Below, piece by piece: positions 1 to 14,325 of a DNA stretch of 64,000 nucleotides. Source of the stretch: Octopus sinensis (taxonomy: Eukaryota); contig NC_043016.1 in NCBI RefSeq assembly GCF_006345805.1, positions 30,442,001 to 30,506,000 on the forward strand. Direction: 5' to 3'. A program made the position numbers and the translations under genes. The notes under the pieces were generated by a model that saw only the letters and a list, made by a program, of their open reading frames with translations, was not told the DNA's origin and did no database searches. The stretch's first letter is position 1. The number at the start of each line of letters is the position of its first letter.

Positions 1-2299
1 AAAAAAAGGTAATCAAAAAATGAATATAAAACAAACAACTCTTAATAAACATTCTAAAAAGATTTCTTGTATATACAGAACCTGTAAAACACAAATTAAT
101 TTCAACCAATTAATTGCCCCTAATTTCATTTAACCCTCTTGCGACACCCTAGCCAATTGATTGGCCCAAATGATACAAGCTGAAAGGACTTTGAGGCAGA
201 TTCATTGGCAATGGAACAAACGTTTAGAAGTGTAATAACCTGCCAGGAATTGTCTTTCAGTCCATGTAATATAAAACTATAATATATATATATATATAGC
301 TTTACATACTAATGAAATAGTTTTAGGCACTTTATTCTTTGTTTTCTACATGCACCACCCATCAATTTCAATTTTAACAGAAAAAAAATTTTGGTCTTTT
401 TGGCTACACATACCAAAACAATGTGATAAGATTCCAATTATAAATCCACTTTCTTAATTATTACCTAGTCATTATGTCATCTAAATTCTTAGTTTTCAAT
501 TTACTGTTTAAAATCTTTCCTTTTATTTGCTTATTATTTGACATGTCTTTGCTTTCCCCCCCCCCCTTAATGACGTTTTCACTGTTCCCTGGTTAATCCT
601 TAGACTGATCTATTAAATCTTAGATTATCTATTAAATACATATTCTAAACAGCATGGGATGATTTAAATATTGTTACAAGGGCATAAACACACATATACA
701 CAATGGGCTACCAAATCTACTCACAAGGTTTTGGTCATGCAATGTGAAATATTCATGCACACACATCACTCTCTCTGAAAAAGACCTGTGTTGTTTTGGG
801 TTTTTTTTTTGTTTTTTTCTTTGATTATCTCAATTCACAAATCATCATCATGTCCGCTTTTCCATGTTTGCATGTGTCAGACGAAGTTTATCAAGACAGA
901 TTTTTTTTCTATGGCCTGTTGCCCTATATTCTGCAAATACTTCTGTTAATTTGTGAACTTTTACACTGACGGCATTGATTGGATTTGTTGATTTACCCCA
1001 CAGCAAAAGTAAATTGAAGAAGATATAACTACCTAATTAAACATTACACTGAATAAACTAATTACAGTGCTAGTTAGATGCACTGACAGGCATTCCTTAT
1101 CTCACCTGCATTCCAGAGAATTCACCTTAGCACATGTCTTTGGAATTGTAAAATTAAACAAACAACCTCCCACCCCACCACACCCCATTCTTTCTCTGTC
1201 CCTTAAAAGGTTAAATAAACACATCAACACAAGATCATTAATCAATTAGATAACATTATTGGAAAAAAGTATATATTGGGGAGCTACAGTGTACAACCAT
1301 CCAAAGACTTCCAAGAGATCGTCATCGTGACTGTCGCTACTACCACTACTATCATCATCATCATCACCTATTTCTTTACTACCCACAAGGGGCTAAACAC
1401 ATGGGGGCCAAACAAGGACAGACAAACGGATCAGGTCGATTACATCAACCCCAGTGTGTAACTGGTACTTAATTTATCGACCCTGAAAGGATGAAAGGCA
1501 AAGTCGACCTCGGTGGAATTTGAACTCAGAACGTAACGGCAGACGAAATACGGCTACCCTTTTCACCCGGCGTGCTAACGTTTCTGCCAGCTTGCCACCT
1601 TTATCATCAACATCATCATCACCACCATCACCATTTTTTTTTTTGATGCCCATTTTCCTTGTTTGCATGGGTCAAACAGAATTTGTTGAAATAGATTTCC
1701 TATGCATGCATATGTATAGAAAAATTTGTTTACTAATATTTGTGTAACAGAAACAAAAAAGAAAGTAAATAAATAATATAGGTGCAAACATGGCTGTGTG
1801 GTAAGAAGCTTGCTTCCCACTGCATGACACCTTGGACAAATGTCTTCTACTATAGCCTTGGGCCTCCCAAAGCCTTGTGAGTGGATTTAGTAGATGGAAA
1901 CTGAAAGAAGTCCATTGTGTGTGTGTGTCTGTGTGTGATTAGGCCCCCTTAACTTAGCTTGGCATAAGGGACTGACAGAAGTATCAGGGCTTACAAAAAA
2001 AATAATAAGTAAGGAGTTGATTCGTTCGACTAAAATTTTTCATGGTGATACCCCAGCTTGACCACAATCTAAAGACTGAAACAGATAAAAGATAAAAGAT
2101 GATATATACAAGAAGGGCATGCAGCCAAAGGAAATCTACCCTGATAAGTTTTGTCTGATCCGTACATGCATGGAAAATTGGGCGTTAAATCAATGATGAT
2201 AATGTTGATGATGGCGGTAGGTGGTTATGGTGGTGATAATGAAACTGAGACTAAAACTACTCATATTAGCAGCTAAAATTAAAAGCCTGATGGTAATGT

Positions 2300-2330
<31 letters not shown>

Positions 2331-2829
2331 GAAGAAGAAGAAGAAGAAGAAGAAGTAGTAGTAGTAGTAAAACTACTGATACTACTACAGGCTAACATTA
2401 AAAACCTATTCTTCTTGTGCAACAGAACTGGTTGGTGAGCATAATACTTAACCACAGATCCATTCCTGTGCCTCCAAATGCAGTAATCAAATGATATTTT
2501 CAGTGATTTACTTAACTGAAAAACTAAAAATTTATACACAATGACATCCTTTTTTTTCTTCTTTTTCTTTTCTTTTTTTCTTTTCTTTTTTTTTTTTTTT
2601 TGATATTATATATGTGAAAAGAAAATTTTTTATTCAGTATTTTAAATTAAAGAAACAATGCAAAAAAATAAATAAATAAATAAAGCATTTATTTTAAGTT
2701 TTCCTGGGAAAAATTTCTTCATCATCATCATACAACTTCTTTCTATTCTGGCATGGGTTACACATTGGATGACCACATTGGTCTCCAGTGTCTCAGGTTT
2801 GGCATGGTTTCTACAGCTGTATGCCCTCC

Positions 2830-3058
2830 TTGACCCTTTCGTTACCAACCCGGCTGAAACCAGCTCTGGCTCTGTAGTACAAATGTCTTGTTTTCATAAG
2901 TTTTGAATTAAAATCTTCCACCAAACCTTAGTCATAATTTATGTTCCTAACACTAGCTGAATGATAACTGAGTTATTTTATTAAATTCTTTGTTATATTT
3001 AAAGTAATTGAAAGAAACACAGAGCATCTCGAAATAAATACAGTAATGAAAGGTTTAA
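2830..3058. mobile_element. TTAA-flanked (piggyBac-like) MITE
   Basis: TTGA-CCCTTTCGTTAC ... GTAATGAAAGGT-TTAA terminal inverted repeats. Confidence 0.65.
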
Positions 3059-3074
3059 TGTCAGCCACTTCACA

Positions 3075-3345
3075 GAATTGTAGTAGGTGTAGTTATCATG
3101 GCACTAACTCTAGCAAAGTCACATTATACCTTGCAGAACTAAATAACCTGCCACACTGATAGAAGAAATGAGAGAGTGAGAAGGCTGATGATTTTAGGTA
3201 ATGTGATGAAAGGGTAAATGAAGTATGATGTGGGGAATAGGGTCCATACAAAACCCACTTCTGGACTATGTGAATACATGGAAGATCATTGAGGAATTTC
3301 TGAATGGTGTAGGGCACAGCATCAAGCTGTTAGTGAAATGAACTT
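3075..3345 (-). mobile_element. Highly degenerate CR1/Jockey-group LINE C-terminal remnant
   Basis: Minus ORF LSSHYLKSSAFSLSHFFYQCGRLFSS..ELVP resembles the post-RT HRRxVxxLSLFYRY..ELVP region; weak. Confidence 0.4.
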
Positions 3346-3352
3346 CAACACT

Positions 3353-3712
3353 TCTTTTACTTGTTTCAGTCATTTTGACTGTGGCCATGCTGGAGCACCG
3401 CCTTTAGTCGAGCAAATCGACCCCAGGATTTATTCTTTGTAAGCCCAGTACTTATTCTATCGGTCTCTTTTGCTGAACCGCTAAGTGACGGGGACGTATA
3501 CACACCAGCATCGGTTGTCAAGCAATGCTAGGGGGACAAACACATACACATACACATATATATATATACATATATACGACAGGCTTCTTTCAGTTTCCAT
3601 CTACCAAATCCACTCACAAGGCATTGTTCGGCCCGGGGCTATAGCAGAAGACACTTGCCCAAGATGCCACGCAGTGGGTCTGAACATGGAACCATGTGGT
3701 TGGTTAGCAAGC
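3353..3712 (-). mobile_element. SINE family A copy
   Basis: Reverse complement of the 41456-41858 type, high identity by eye. Confidence 0.88.
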
Positions 3713-5026
3713 TAAAGATTTCAATATTGTGTTTGTCTTAATTTTTCAAAGATACAGTATGATGTTCTTTCTGTTATGCTCATTTTTGTGATTGGGGCTT
3801 TTATATAATTAATGTCATATTTTACATTCCAGAGAAGTGTTCATAAACTACAAATAATAGAATTAAAATTATGATTCAAGATTTTTTCTTTCTTTTTTTT
3901 TTTTTGGTCCTAGTATGGCTTTGTGCTCTGGGCTTTTTTCCTTGTTTTCTTTTTCTAGGTTTTTTTTTCTCTTACACTTGAAGGGAATAGATTTATTGTT
4001 TTGAGGCCAAAGGTTGTGGGAAGAATATCCTGCCCCCTCCCCGTGTAGTTGTTGCTGAGAGGTGGGGATGGCGGTGCTTTACTGTGGTTCCAGCATTTGT
4101 GAGGCTGACTTATCATTGGTAAGACTAAAGAAGTGTCACAACTTGAAAGAAGCATTTGAGGAAGGTAGGGTGGGGTTCGAGTATGATGAAAAGGGTTGAT
4201 TTATTGTTAAGGGTGTTGCAGGTGGGGAGAGTAACAGTAAGGGGGTATGGAAGGAGCAAGGGAAGGAGTAGTGTCAGGGGTTTGCTGGAAAGAGAGAGAG
4301 AGAGAGACAGTGAGGTAAGACAGAATAGAAGGGTTGTGGAGAAGAATCCAGGACTATCCCGACTTAAAGGGGGTAAATATGGGTGAAAGGTGAGGGGAAT
4401 TGGTCAATGAGATAGAGAAAAAGATGAGAACAATGAGGATCCAAACTGGGTGCACAGAGAGAGGTTAAGAGAGGAGTGGCTGTTTTGTGGGTGGAGTAGT
4501 GTAGAAAGAAAGTTCAGACTGGCAGGGATGTAGTGAGGAGAGAATGGTAAGAGGGAGGCAATGGAATAGGGAGCAGTGAGTGATTACAAGGAGAGCAGCA
4601 ATGTGTGTGTGTCGGAGTGTACAAGTGGAAGAATTTTTTTCTTGTTTTGTACCCTAGATAAAGAAATTGTGTAAATTGAATAAAGTTAATTTCCAGAAAT
4701 ACATTAATTTCTTGCATTTTTATATATAGGTTATAGTGACCTATATTTTTTTTTGCAAATTTTTTTCGTGGCTTTTTTCTTTTTTAGTTTTAAAAATGAG
4801 TCTAATACTCTAACCTAGAGGCCATACACTAAAAATAATAATAATATTTATTATTATTATTATTAATAATAATAAAGTATTAGTGTATGCTATATGTGTG
4901 GTGTGCAGCCATAAGTCTTTTAGTTCTTTCCAATGTTGTACATTCAGACCTAAGACCTAACTATAAGAAAACGAGTTACATTCTGTTTATTCTCTGAAAT
5001 AACTTTTATTTTAATTTTGATGTCAG

Positions 5027-5175
5027 GTACTGAAAAAGAAGAAGACTTCAGAATTTCATAGGAATGATAAATATATAAATCTAGTAGTGAATGAAAATCT
5101 TGAGAATCTCAGGAAGAAGGAAGAAGATTCTAAAGTTAGTCAGTGGGAAAAGTTACATGATTTATTCAAACAAAG
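5027..5175 (+). CDS. GLE1: GLE1 coding exon (first visible): VLKKKKTSEFHRNDKYINLVVNENLENLRKKEEDSKVSQWEKLHDLFKQ(S)
   Basis: Acceptor ttttgatgtcag, donor ag|gtacag, 149 nt open, ends phase 2 matching the next exon; no recognisable motif on its own. Confidence 0.72.
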
Positions 5176-6505
5176 GTACAGTCATTTTATTTATTTATTT
5201 ATTTATTTATCTTTTACTTGTTTCAGTCTTTAGAGTGTGGCCATGCTGGGGCACTGTTTTGGTGAATTTTTAATAAAATCGATGAACCCCAGTACTTATT
5301 ACTCTAAGTCTAGTACTTATTCTGTTGATTTCTTTTTGCTGAACTGCTTGATCACATGGATGTAATTACTCCAGCACCGGTTGTCAAGCAGTGGCTAGGG
5401 ACACGCACAAACACACACACACAGAGGCTATATATGATGGGCTTCTTTCATTTTCCATCAACCAAATCCACTCACAAGTCTTTGGTTGGCCCAAGGCTAT
5501 ATTAGAAGACACTTGCCCAAGTTGCCACGCAATGGGACTGAACCCAGGACCATGGAAGACTGCAAAGGAACAACATCACTTGCATGATGGTGAAGTTCAT
5601 TTGCAACAATAACATGATTGCAAGATTGCAAGACAAGATTACACACATATGCATGTACATGTATACATACTCGTGTGTGTGTGTGTGAGTATCTGATCAG
5701 TAAGTATCTGGACTGTTGCTATAGTAATGAAGCTAAAGCATGCAGAGTGAAGCTGCCTGGCACAGATTGACCTTGAACTCTTCTGTGCATGCACACTAAG
5801 TTTTAACGTTCTAGCTCACTTCTGCTATTTACAGCAGTGCTTGGAAGGAAGTTGTGTAGCATGTGATTGTCGCATTGACCATGACAGACAAAATTGTCAT
5901 GACAATACCAGCTCAGAGGTCTGCGCAAAGTTGAAGAAAGTGTATGGAGAAGAGTGTGTGAGATACGTACAAGTGTATGAGTGGCTCAGACATTTCCAAG
6001 ATGGCCAAACATTCTGGGAGACCCACAACCAGCTGAAATTAGAAAAACATTGCAGATGTGCATGCAGCTGTGAGATGAAATCGTCGAATCAATATCCATG
6101 AGGGTGTGCAGATTAGTTATGTTCCAGTTCAGTCCATTATCACTGAAGATTTGGGTATGAGTTTCAGTTGCACAAGATCTCCTTGATTGTGTCGAGAACG
6201 ATGAAAACTCTTTGAAAACTTTGCATAGGCCTCTGAGCAGGTATTGCCAAGCTTTTGGAAAAATTTGATGCAGATTCTCTGCTCAACTTTCTCTGTCGTG
6301 GTCAATGTGAATATTACACACTCTACACATGTTCCTTCCTATCACTGCTGTAAACAGTGGAAGTTAGCTAGAACGTTAAAACTTAAGTGTACATGCACAG
6401 CAGAGTTCAAGCTCAATTTGTGCCAAGTGGCTTCTCCCTGCATGCTTTAGCTTCGTTACTATGGCAACAGTCCAGATACTTATTGATCAGATCACGTATA
6501 TATAT

Positions 6506-6558
<53 letters not shown>

Positions 6559-9500
6559 TTAGTGTCCGCTTTCCATGCTAGCATGGGTTGGACGGGTCAA
6601 CTGGGGTCTGGGAAGCTGGAAGGCTTCGTCAGGCCCAGTCAGATCTGGCAGTGTTTCTACGGCTGGATGCCCTTCCTAATGCCAACCACTCCATGAGTGT
6701 AGTGGGTGTTTTTTATGTGCCACCTGCACAGGTGCCAGACAGAGCTGGCAAACGGCCACGAACGGATGGTGCTTTTACGTGTCACCGGCACGGGGCCAGG
6801 CGATGCTGGCAACGGACACGAACGGATGGTGCTTTTATATATATATATAATTTATATATACACACACACTTGTATGTAGCAGGTTTGTTTCTGTTTCTGT
6901 CTACCAGATCCATTCATAAGGCTTTTATAGTTTGGAGCCATATAAGGACACTCATCCAAGATGCTGCACAGTGAGACTGAAACCAAGACCACTTGATTGG
7001 GAAGTAAGCTTCTTAACCACATGACCATGCCTTAGAATTGAGAAAATCAGTGCTGATTGGCTTAATTCACTTGTTTACTCTTCTCACCACCAATGTCTGG
7101 TGCTTTTATGAACATTATTATTATTATTATTTATTAAGTTGGTGAGCTGAAATGTTAGCACGCTCACTGAAATACTTAGCAGTCTTTCACTTATCACTAC
7201 ATTCTGAGTTCAAATTCTGCCTAGGTCGACTTTGACTTTCATCCTCTCAGGGTTGATAAATTAAGTACCAATCAAGTACTGAGGTCAGTGTGATTGACTT
7301 TCTTTGCCTCCCAAAATTTCAGGTCTTGTGGCTATAGTAGAAAGCATTACCATCATCATTATCATCATGGACGAGCTGACAAAACTGTTAACATGCCAGG
7401 TGAAATGCTTAGCATCTGTCTTTATGTTCTGAATTCAGATTCTGTTGGGGGTCAATAAAATAAATGCCATTTGAGTATTGGGAGCGATATAATTGACTTA
7501 CCCCTTCCCCAGAAATTGCTGGCCTTGTGCCAAAATCTGAAGCCATCATCATGATCATGATCATCGTTTATTAAAGTTCTTGACAAACCATGTTTGCAAT
7601 TTAATTTTAATTCTCATTGGAATAGGTCGTTTTGTTTGCAGTTATAATGATGAAAATTACAATTTGCCATTTCTCTTCTATAAATTTCAAGTTTCCCTGC
7701 TTATTTAACATATTATTATTGTTTATTTTATTGACTTTTTTATTCAATCATAACTCATCAACTTTATTTGGCTGAAATGGTTTTTGCTTTTTATTATGCA
7801 CTCACGATCACTAAATTGTGGGTTCAACTCCCTAACTGGGCAGTGTTATGTTCATTAGCAAAACATTTCACTTCATGTTGCTCCAGAATGGCATCATTTG
7901 AAGGATAAAACAATACAAAAATGCATTGTGACCAGCGTTGTGAAACATCTGATAGCCTGGTTGGTTACATGATCACATGACTATGCAATAATAATCTTTG
8001 ACTGCGAAAACTAATGTTAACTTTAAATTTTTTTTTTTTTTCTTTTCCAGTGATGAGGAAATTTTCAAGAATCAAAAACAGAGATCAGAACAACATACAC
8101 ATCACTATGAGGTAGGCATTCTTTAAGTGGAATTTCTCTATTCTAATTTCCAAATTGCACGGATTTTTCTCTAACCAGTAATGTGGTGAAGTGGCAAAGT
8201 TGTTCAGGGATCGAACGGAGCACTTTATGTTATTCATTCAACCTCTCTGCTTTCCGAGTTTAAGTCATACTATGGACAACTTTACCATTCATCCTTTGAT
8301 TTAACCTTTTAGCATTTAAACCAGCCATGTCCACCCAAAATAGTCCACCTGCTTTATATTTGAACTGGCCAGATCTGGCCTATCATTCTCACCGTACAAT
8401 GTCATTCTAAAAATAATCTGTGACATTATTGAAATTTCTAAGCTAGTAGATACTCTTTTACTTGTTTCAGTCATTTGACTGATGCCATGCTGGAGCACCG
8501 CCTTTAGCCATGCAAATTGACCCCAGGACTTATTCTTTGTAAGCCGATTCTATCGGCCTCTCTTGCTGAACTTCCAAGTTACGGGGACGTAAACACACCA
8601 GTATCGGTTGTCAAGCGATGTTGGGGGACAAACACAGACACACAAACATATATATATATATACAATGGGCTTCTTTCGCTTTCCGTCTACCAAATCCACT
8701 CACAAGGCTTTGGTTGGCCCGAGGCTATAGTAGAAGACACTTGCCCAAGGTGCCATGCAGTGGTAATGAACCCGGAACCATGTGGTTGGTAAGCAAGCTA
8801 CTTACCAGACAGCCACTCCTGCGCATAAGTTATGATTAATTCAAAACAATGTGAATAAATAGGTATTACATTAAACAAAGTAATCTGATTACTAAAGGGT
8901 CAAAATAAAAAAAAGGACCTATCCAAAGCAGTGGGTTGGCCAAACTGCAAGAATGTCAAGCTAGATGCTTAACATTATTGGTTCTGGCTCTTACAGCAGA
9001 ATTGTTAGCACACCAGACAAAATCTTCGTCTAACTTTACATTCTAAGTTGAAATTCTGTTGAGGTAAACTTTGCCTTTTATCCTTTCATGGTCAATGAAA
9101 TAAGTACCAGTTGTATACTGGGATCAATGTAATCGACTAAGGCCCTCCCCCAAACCTGCTGGCCTTGTACCAAATTTGAAATCATTATGTTCTTCTTGGG
9201 TGGTAGACAATTTGTTTCCTAGTATTATACTACCTCTGATTTGAGGATATTTTTTCCCCTTGGCAGCCTTCCTTTCTCTTCTAATTTATAAAGAACAAAA
9301 AAAAATTACCTGTCTGTGTATGTAACTATCTCCATCATCATCATAATTTAACTTCTATGTTCCTTTCTGGCATGGGTTGGTTGGTTTGACAGGACCCAGT
9401 GGGTCCAAGGATAGCATCATGCTCCAGTGTCTACTTTGGTATGGTTTCTATGTCTGGATGTGTGAGGGCGCGTGGCTTAGTGGTTAGGGCATTCGGCTCA

Positions 9501-11306
9501 TGATCGTAAGGTTGTGAGTTCGATTCCCGGCGACGCGTTGTGTCCTTGAGCAAGACACTTTATTTCACGTTGCTCCAGTCCACTCAGCTGGCAAAAATGA
9601 GTTGTACTTGTATTTCAAAGGGTCAGCCTTGTCACTCTCTGTGTCACGCTGATTATCCCCGAGAACTACGTTAAGGGTACACGTGTCTGTGGAATGCTCA
9701 GCCATTTGCACGTTAATTTCACGAGCAAGCTGTTCCGTTGATCGTATCAGCTGGGACCCTCGTCGTCGTAACCGGCGGAGTCTATTTTTAAATGTCTGGA
9801 TGTCCTTTCTAATGCCAACCACTTTACAGTGTACTGGATGCTTTTGAATTTGATACCAGTACTATTGAGGTTGCCATACAGCTTATGAGTCAACAAAACC
9901 TAAGGACAGAATGAATCAGTGGTTTCTCCGAAGAGATAAATAAGTGGTGATGTGGTGTTCTTATGGAACCTTAAGTTACTTTGGTAAATAGGAGAGCTGG
10001 GAGTGTGTGCAGGTTGGAATTTGTAACAGTGTATGGGTAAGAGATAGAGGAAGTAGGAGAAGTTGGGTAGGCATCATAGGTTTGGTTAGGATGAAAGGTG
10101 GATGGAGGGAATGATGAATACGGGGGTGAGAGTGCATGAGTTGGGGACAATAAAGAGAAGCTAGCGGCTGGATAGTAATGATGATACAGTTGACAGGGGG
10201 ACGAGAGAGAGAGAGATGTCTTTGGGTAGGATGTGAGAGCAGTAGTGAGAGAGAGAGCTATAATGCATAAGGAAAGATAATTTGGTGGCCTAGTGGCTGG
10301 AGAGGCAGAGGTAAAGTAATACGAGGAGGAAATTGATTGAAGAAAGAGCTCATTTGTGTGCTTGCATACACACACACACACACACACACACACATATGTA
10401 TGTATGTATCATCATCATCATCATCGTTTAACGTCTGCTTTCCATGCTAGCATGGGTTGGACGATTTTGACTGAGGACTGGCAAACCAGATGGCTGCACC
10501 AGGCTCCAATCTTGATCTGGCAGAGTTTCTACAGCTGGATGCCCTTCCTAACGCCAACCACTCCGAGAGTGTAGTGGGTGCTTTTTACGTGCCACCGGCA
10601 CGGGGGCCAGTCAGGCGGTACTGGCAATGACCTCGCTTGAATCTTTTTACACATGCCACCGGCACAGGTGCCAGTGAAGTGACGTTGGTAACGATCACGC
10701 TCGATATATATATATACATAACATACATACACCTTGTATTTCAGGATGGTTGTTTCTTTTTGGCAAAATAGGAAAAAAAAAATATGTATGCATGGTACTA
10801 CCAGAAGTTAGCTTCACCCTGATGAGTAGGTTTTCTCAAAAACATCATCAGACATCCAAATCCTCTATCATTTCTTGTCAGGCTCAGGGTCCTAGGGTCA
10901 GCTTTCACTACTTTATCCCATGTCTTCCTGGGTCTCCTTTGTCTACTGGCTCCAGCCACATTTAGCGATCAACACTTCTTTACTTAGCTGTCTTCATCCA
11001 TACACATCACATGTCCATACCAGCGTAGTCTTCTTTTTTGCAAACTACGTCTAATTCCTCTTAAGGCCTGTCTTTCTCTCAGTACATATATATACTCTGT
11101 TGCTCATGTGCACTTACATTGCACATCCAAAGAAGCACACTCACTTTTGATTGTGGCTGTGATTTTGATACACTTATACAGAATAATATAAACTCTCACT
11201 TTTGTGTTTTCTCTTTCTATAGTTTCACCAATTCTATTAATTCAGTTTCTCTCTTTGTCTCCCTTTCTCCTTTCTCTCTCTCTCTCTCTCTCTCTCACTC
11301 TTACAT

Positions 11307-11347
<41 letters not shown>

Positions 11348-11417
11348 AAAGAGGTGAGGATTGAAATCCTTCAAAGAGATGTCGAACATCCAAGTCGACT
11401 GGTACAATCCAAGCAAA

Positions 11418-11457
<40 letters not shown>

Positions 11458-13995
11458 CACTCTGTAAAGTGGTTGGCATTTGGAAGGGCATCCAACTGTG
11501 AAAATCATACCAAAACTAACCTTACCTGCACAAGTGCCATGTAAAAAGCACTGAGACTACCCTGCTGTCAGTTGTCAGTGTTAGGAAGGGCATCTGGCTG
11601 TAAAAACCCTGCCAAAACAAACACAGCCGCATAGGGTAGTTTTTCTACCTGGCCAGCTCCTGCAAACCATCCTGCCCATTGAATGCATGGAAGATGGCAG
11701 TTAAACAACGATGATGATGATGGTCATGCATCATCATCATTTAACATCATCATCATCATTTAACATTCCATGCTAGCAAGGGTGGGATGGTAGCACAAGA
11801 GCTAGCCAGGCCGAAGCTTGCACTGGACTTCTGTAACTGTTTTGGCAGGGTTTTTACAGCTTGATGCACATCCTAGCACCAACCACTCAGTAGAGTGGAC
11901 TTAGTTCTTTTTATGTGGCACAAGCATGAGCAAGGTCAGTTTCAAAGTTTTTACAGATGGATGCCCTTCCAAATGCCAAACACTTTACAGTGTGGACTGG
12001 ATGCTTTTAAGTAGCACCTGCACTGACAGGGCCACCAAGTACTTGCAAGACAAAATCTTCTAAGAGGGGAGGAGGCATTGGAGGAAGTGATGATGAAAAG
12101 GTTATAGTGAGACAGATATAGGTGTCTTGCTGAAGAGGAAGTACAAGGCTACCCAGCCAGAGAGAGAAAGATCAGGAATGAAGACAGAAACAGGTGTGCT
12201 ACCGCAAAGAAAATATACAGTTGCCCAACCTGAGGAAAGTGCAGGAGAAGGAGAGAGAGAGAGAGAGCGACAGCAGGATGAAGATGATGGCAAAATACCG
12301 GGCATGCTCACAAGGAATGGGGATCAGAGTATAAATAAGATGGTTGAGTAAAGAAAAAGAGAGGTCTAGATAGTGGCAAGTGCCAGAGCATGCCCTTGAG
12401 GTTCAAATGCCATAGTATAAGTGACAGGATATTGCGAAGAGAGTGCAAGTAAGTGGCAAAAGACCTGGGTATATATAGAGTTGGAGAGGCTACCGGGTAG
12501 CAATGATACAAAGTAACAGGGGTGTAAAGCCAGGATTGGGAAGCGAGAGCTAGGCATGGTGAATGAAGGAGGAAATGCAAGAAAGACAAGAGATGTAAAT
12601 TGGTTTGTTGGGGTAGGGTGAGGGAAAAGTTTTCTTGTTATGTGTGGGTGGAACATGCAGGTAAGGGGCTAGCAAATGGCAATAATAGAGTGAGACAAGG
12701 CATGTGGGTAGAACACACAGGTCGGGGCAAGTAGAGTAATGATACAGTGGCACCGGGCCTAGAGGACAAGATTGGGGAGTGAGAGGTTATCATAGTACAT
12801 GAAGTGGGAATGTGAGGAAGAGAAGGGATGTAGAAATGTAGTTTGGTTCATTGTGGTAGAATGTGTGAGAAGTTTTTTCCCCCAGTTCATCTAGAACTCA
12901 GTTTCACTGATGTGGGCGGGCCTTCTCAAGAACTTCATATCGCCAAACGTCTCGGTCTATGGTCATTTAATCCGTGAAGTCCAACTTTCTGAGATCAGTC
13001 CTTACCACTTCATCCCATGTCTTCCTGGGTCTCCCTCTTCCGTGAGTACCATCCACTTTCAGTGATTGGCACTTCTTCATGAAGGTGTCCTCATTCATAT
13101 GCATCACATGTCCAAACCAACGTAGTCATCTCTCTTGCATGCTACATTTGATTGCTCTTATGCCCAACTTTTCATTTCCCACTTGAGTTATTACTTCCCT
13201 TAGCATAACACATGAACAAAGCAGCCAGTCTTGTAGGAACAAGCAGAATAATATTATAGATTTTACTGTTTCCAAATTTCGTGGTGCTTATATAGATATT
13301 TTGGTTGGATTATATAATTATCACTTTTACACTTCTGTCTATATTCTGTAACTGTCGCAATATACTTTTCTACTATATGCACAAGTTCTGAAATTTTTGC
13401 TGGGAGAGGGCCAGTCAATTAGATCGACTCCAGTATGCAACTGGTACTTAATTCATCGACCCCGAAAGGATAAAACGCAACATCAACCTTGGCAGAATTT
13501 GAACTCAGAATGTAAAGACAGACGAAATACCGTTAAGCATTTTGCCCGGTGTGCTAACAATTCTGCCAGCTCGCCGCCTTTAACTGCCACAATACAGAAA
13601 CATTTCTCATGGCACCAGCACACAAACTATAGATGCTTACATTTTTTAATATTTTCTGTGAATTTTTCATGGGTCCAGCTAAAGTGCTCTGAGAGAAAAG
13701 TGGGACATAAGAAGCATCAGATGTGGTGTGCAAGAGAGATGACTGTGCTGGTATGGTTATGTGTTGTGTATGGGTGAGGACAGCTGTGTGACAAAGTGTC
13801 ACACTCTAACAGTAGAGAAAACCAGTGGAAGAGGTAGACCCAGGAAGACCTGGGATAGGGTGGTGAAGCACGACCTTCAGATGTTGGGCCTCACAGGGGG
13901 CAATGACAAGTGACTGAGACCTTTGGAGATAAACTGTGCTTGAGAAGACCCAGCAAGCCAAGTGAGACTGTAACCATGGCCTATGCCAGTGCAGC

Positions 13996-14027
<32 letters not shown>

Positions 14028-14258
14028 GTATATATATAATATATATATATATATATCCTTCTCCTATTTTCTGACGAAGATCTCCGCTAGAAACGTTAAA
14101 CCCTCCTTCTTTCCTGAGCGTCCAATAATACTATATTTGTTCCATGCCCTTACGTTGTTGTGCTTCTTGTTTGGATTAACTATATATATATCAGCAGTAT
14201 ATTGGATAACTGATATCCCATAGTGGGTTACCCTCTTAACCCCTATCTTAATTTGTAC

Positions 14259-14325
<67 letters not shown>

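Noticed and set aside
1-5026. GLE1 start exon
   Set aside because: Candidate acceptors near 1003 and 3832 are followed by stops or lack a donor; no supportable exon was found, so the 5' end is left open
9464-9540. tRNA genes at SINE heads (also 29888, 33230, 41456)
   Set aside because: A/B boxes are present but there is no complete cloverleaf, and each continues into a repeated SINE body, often with a TSD
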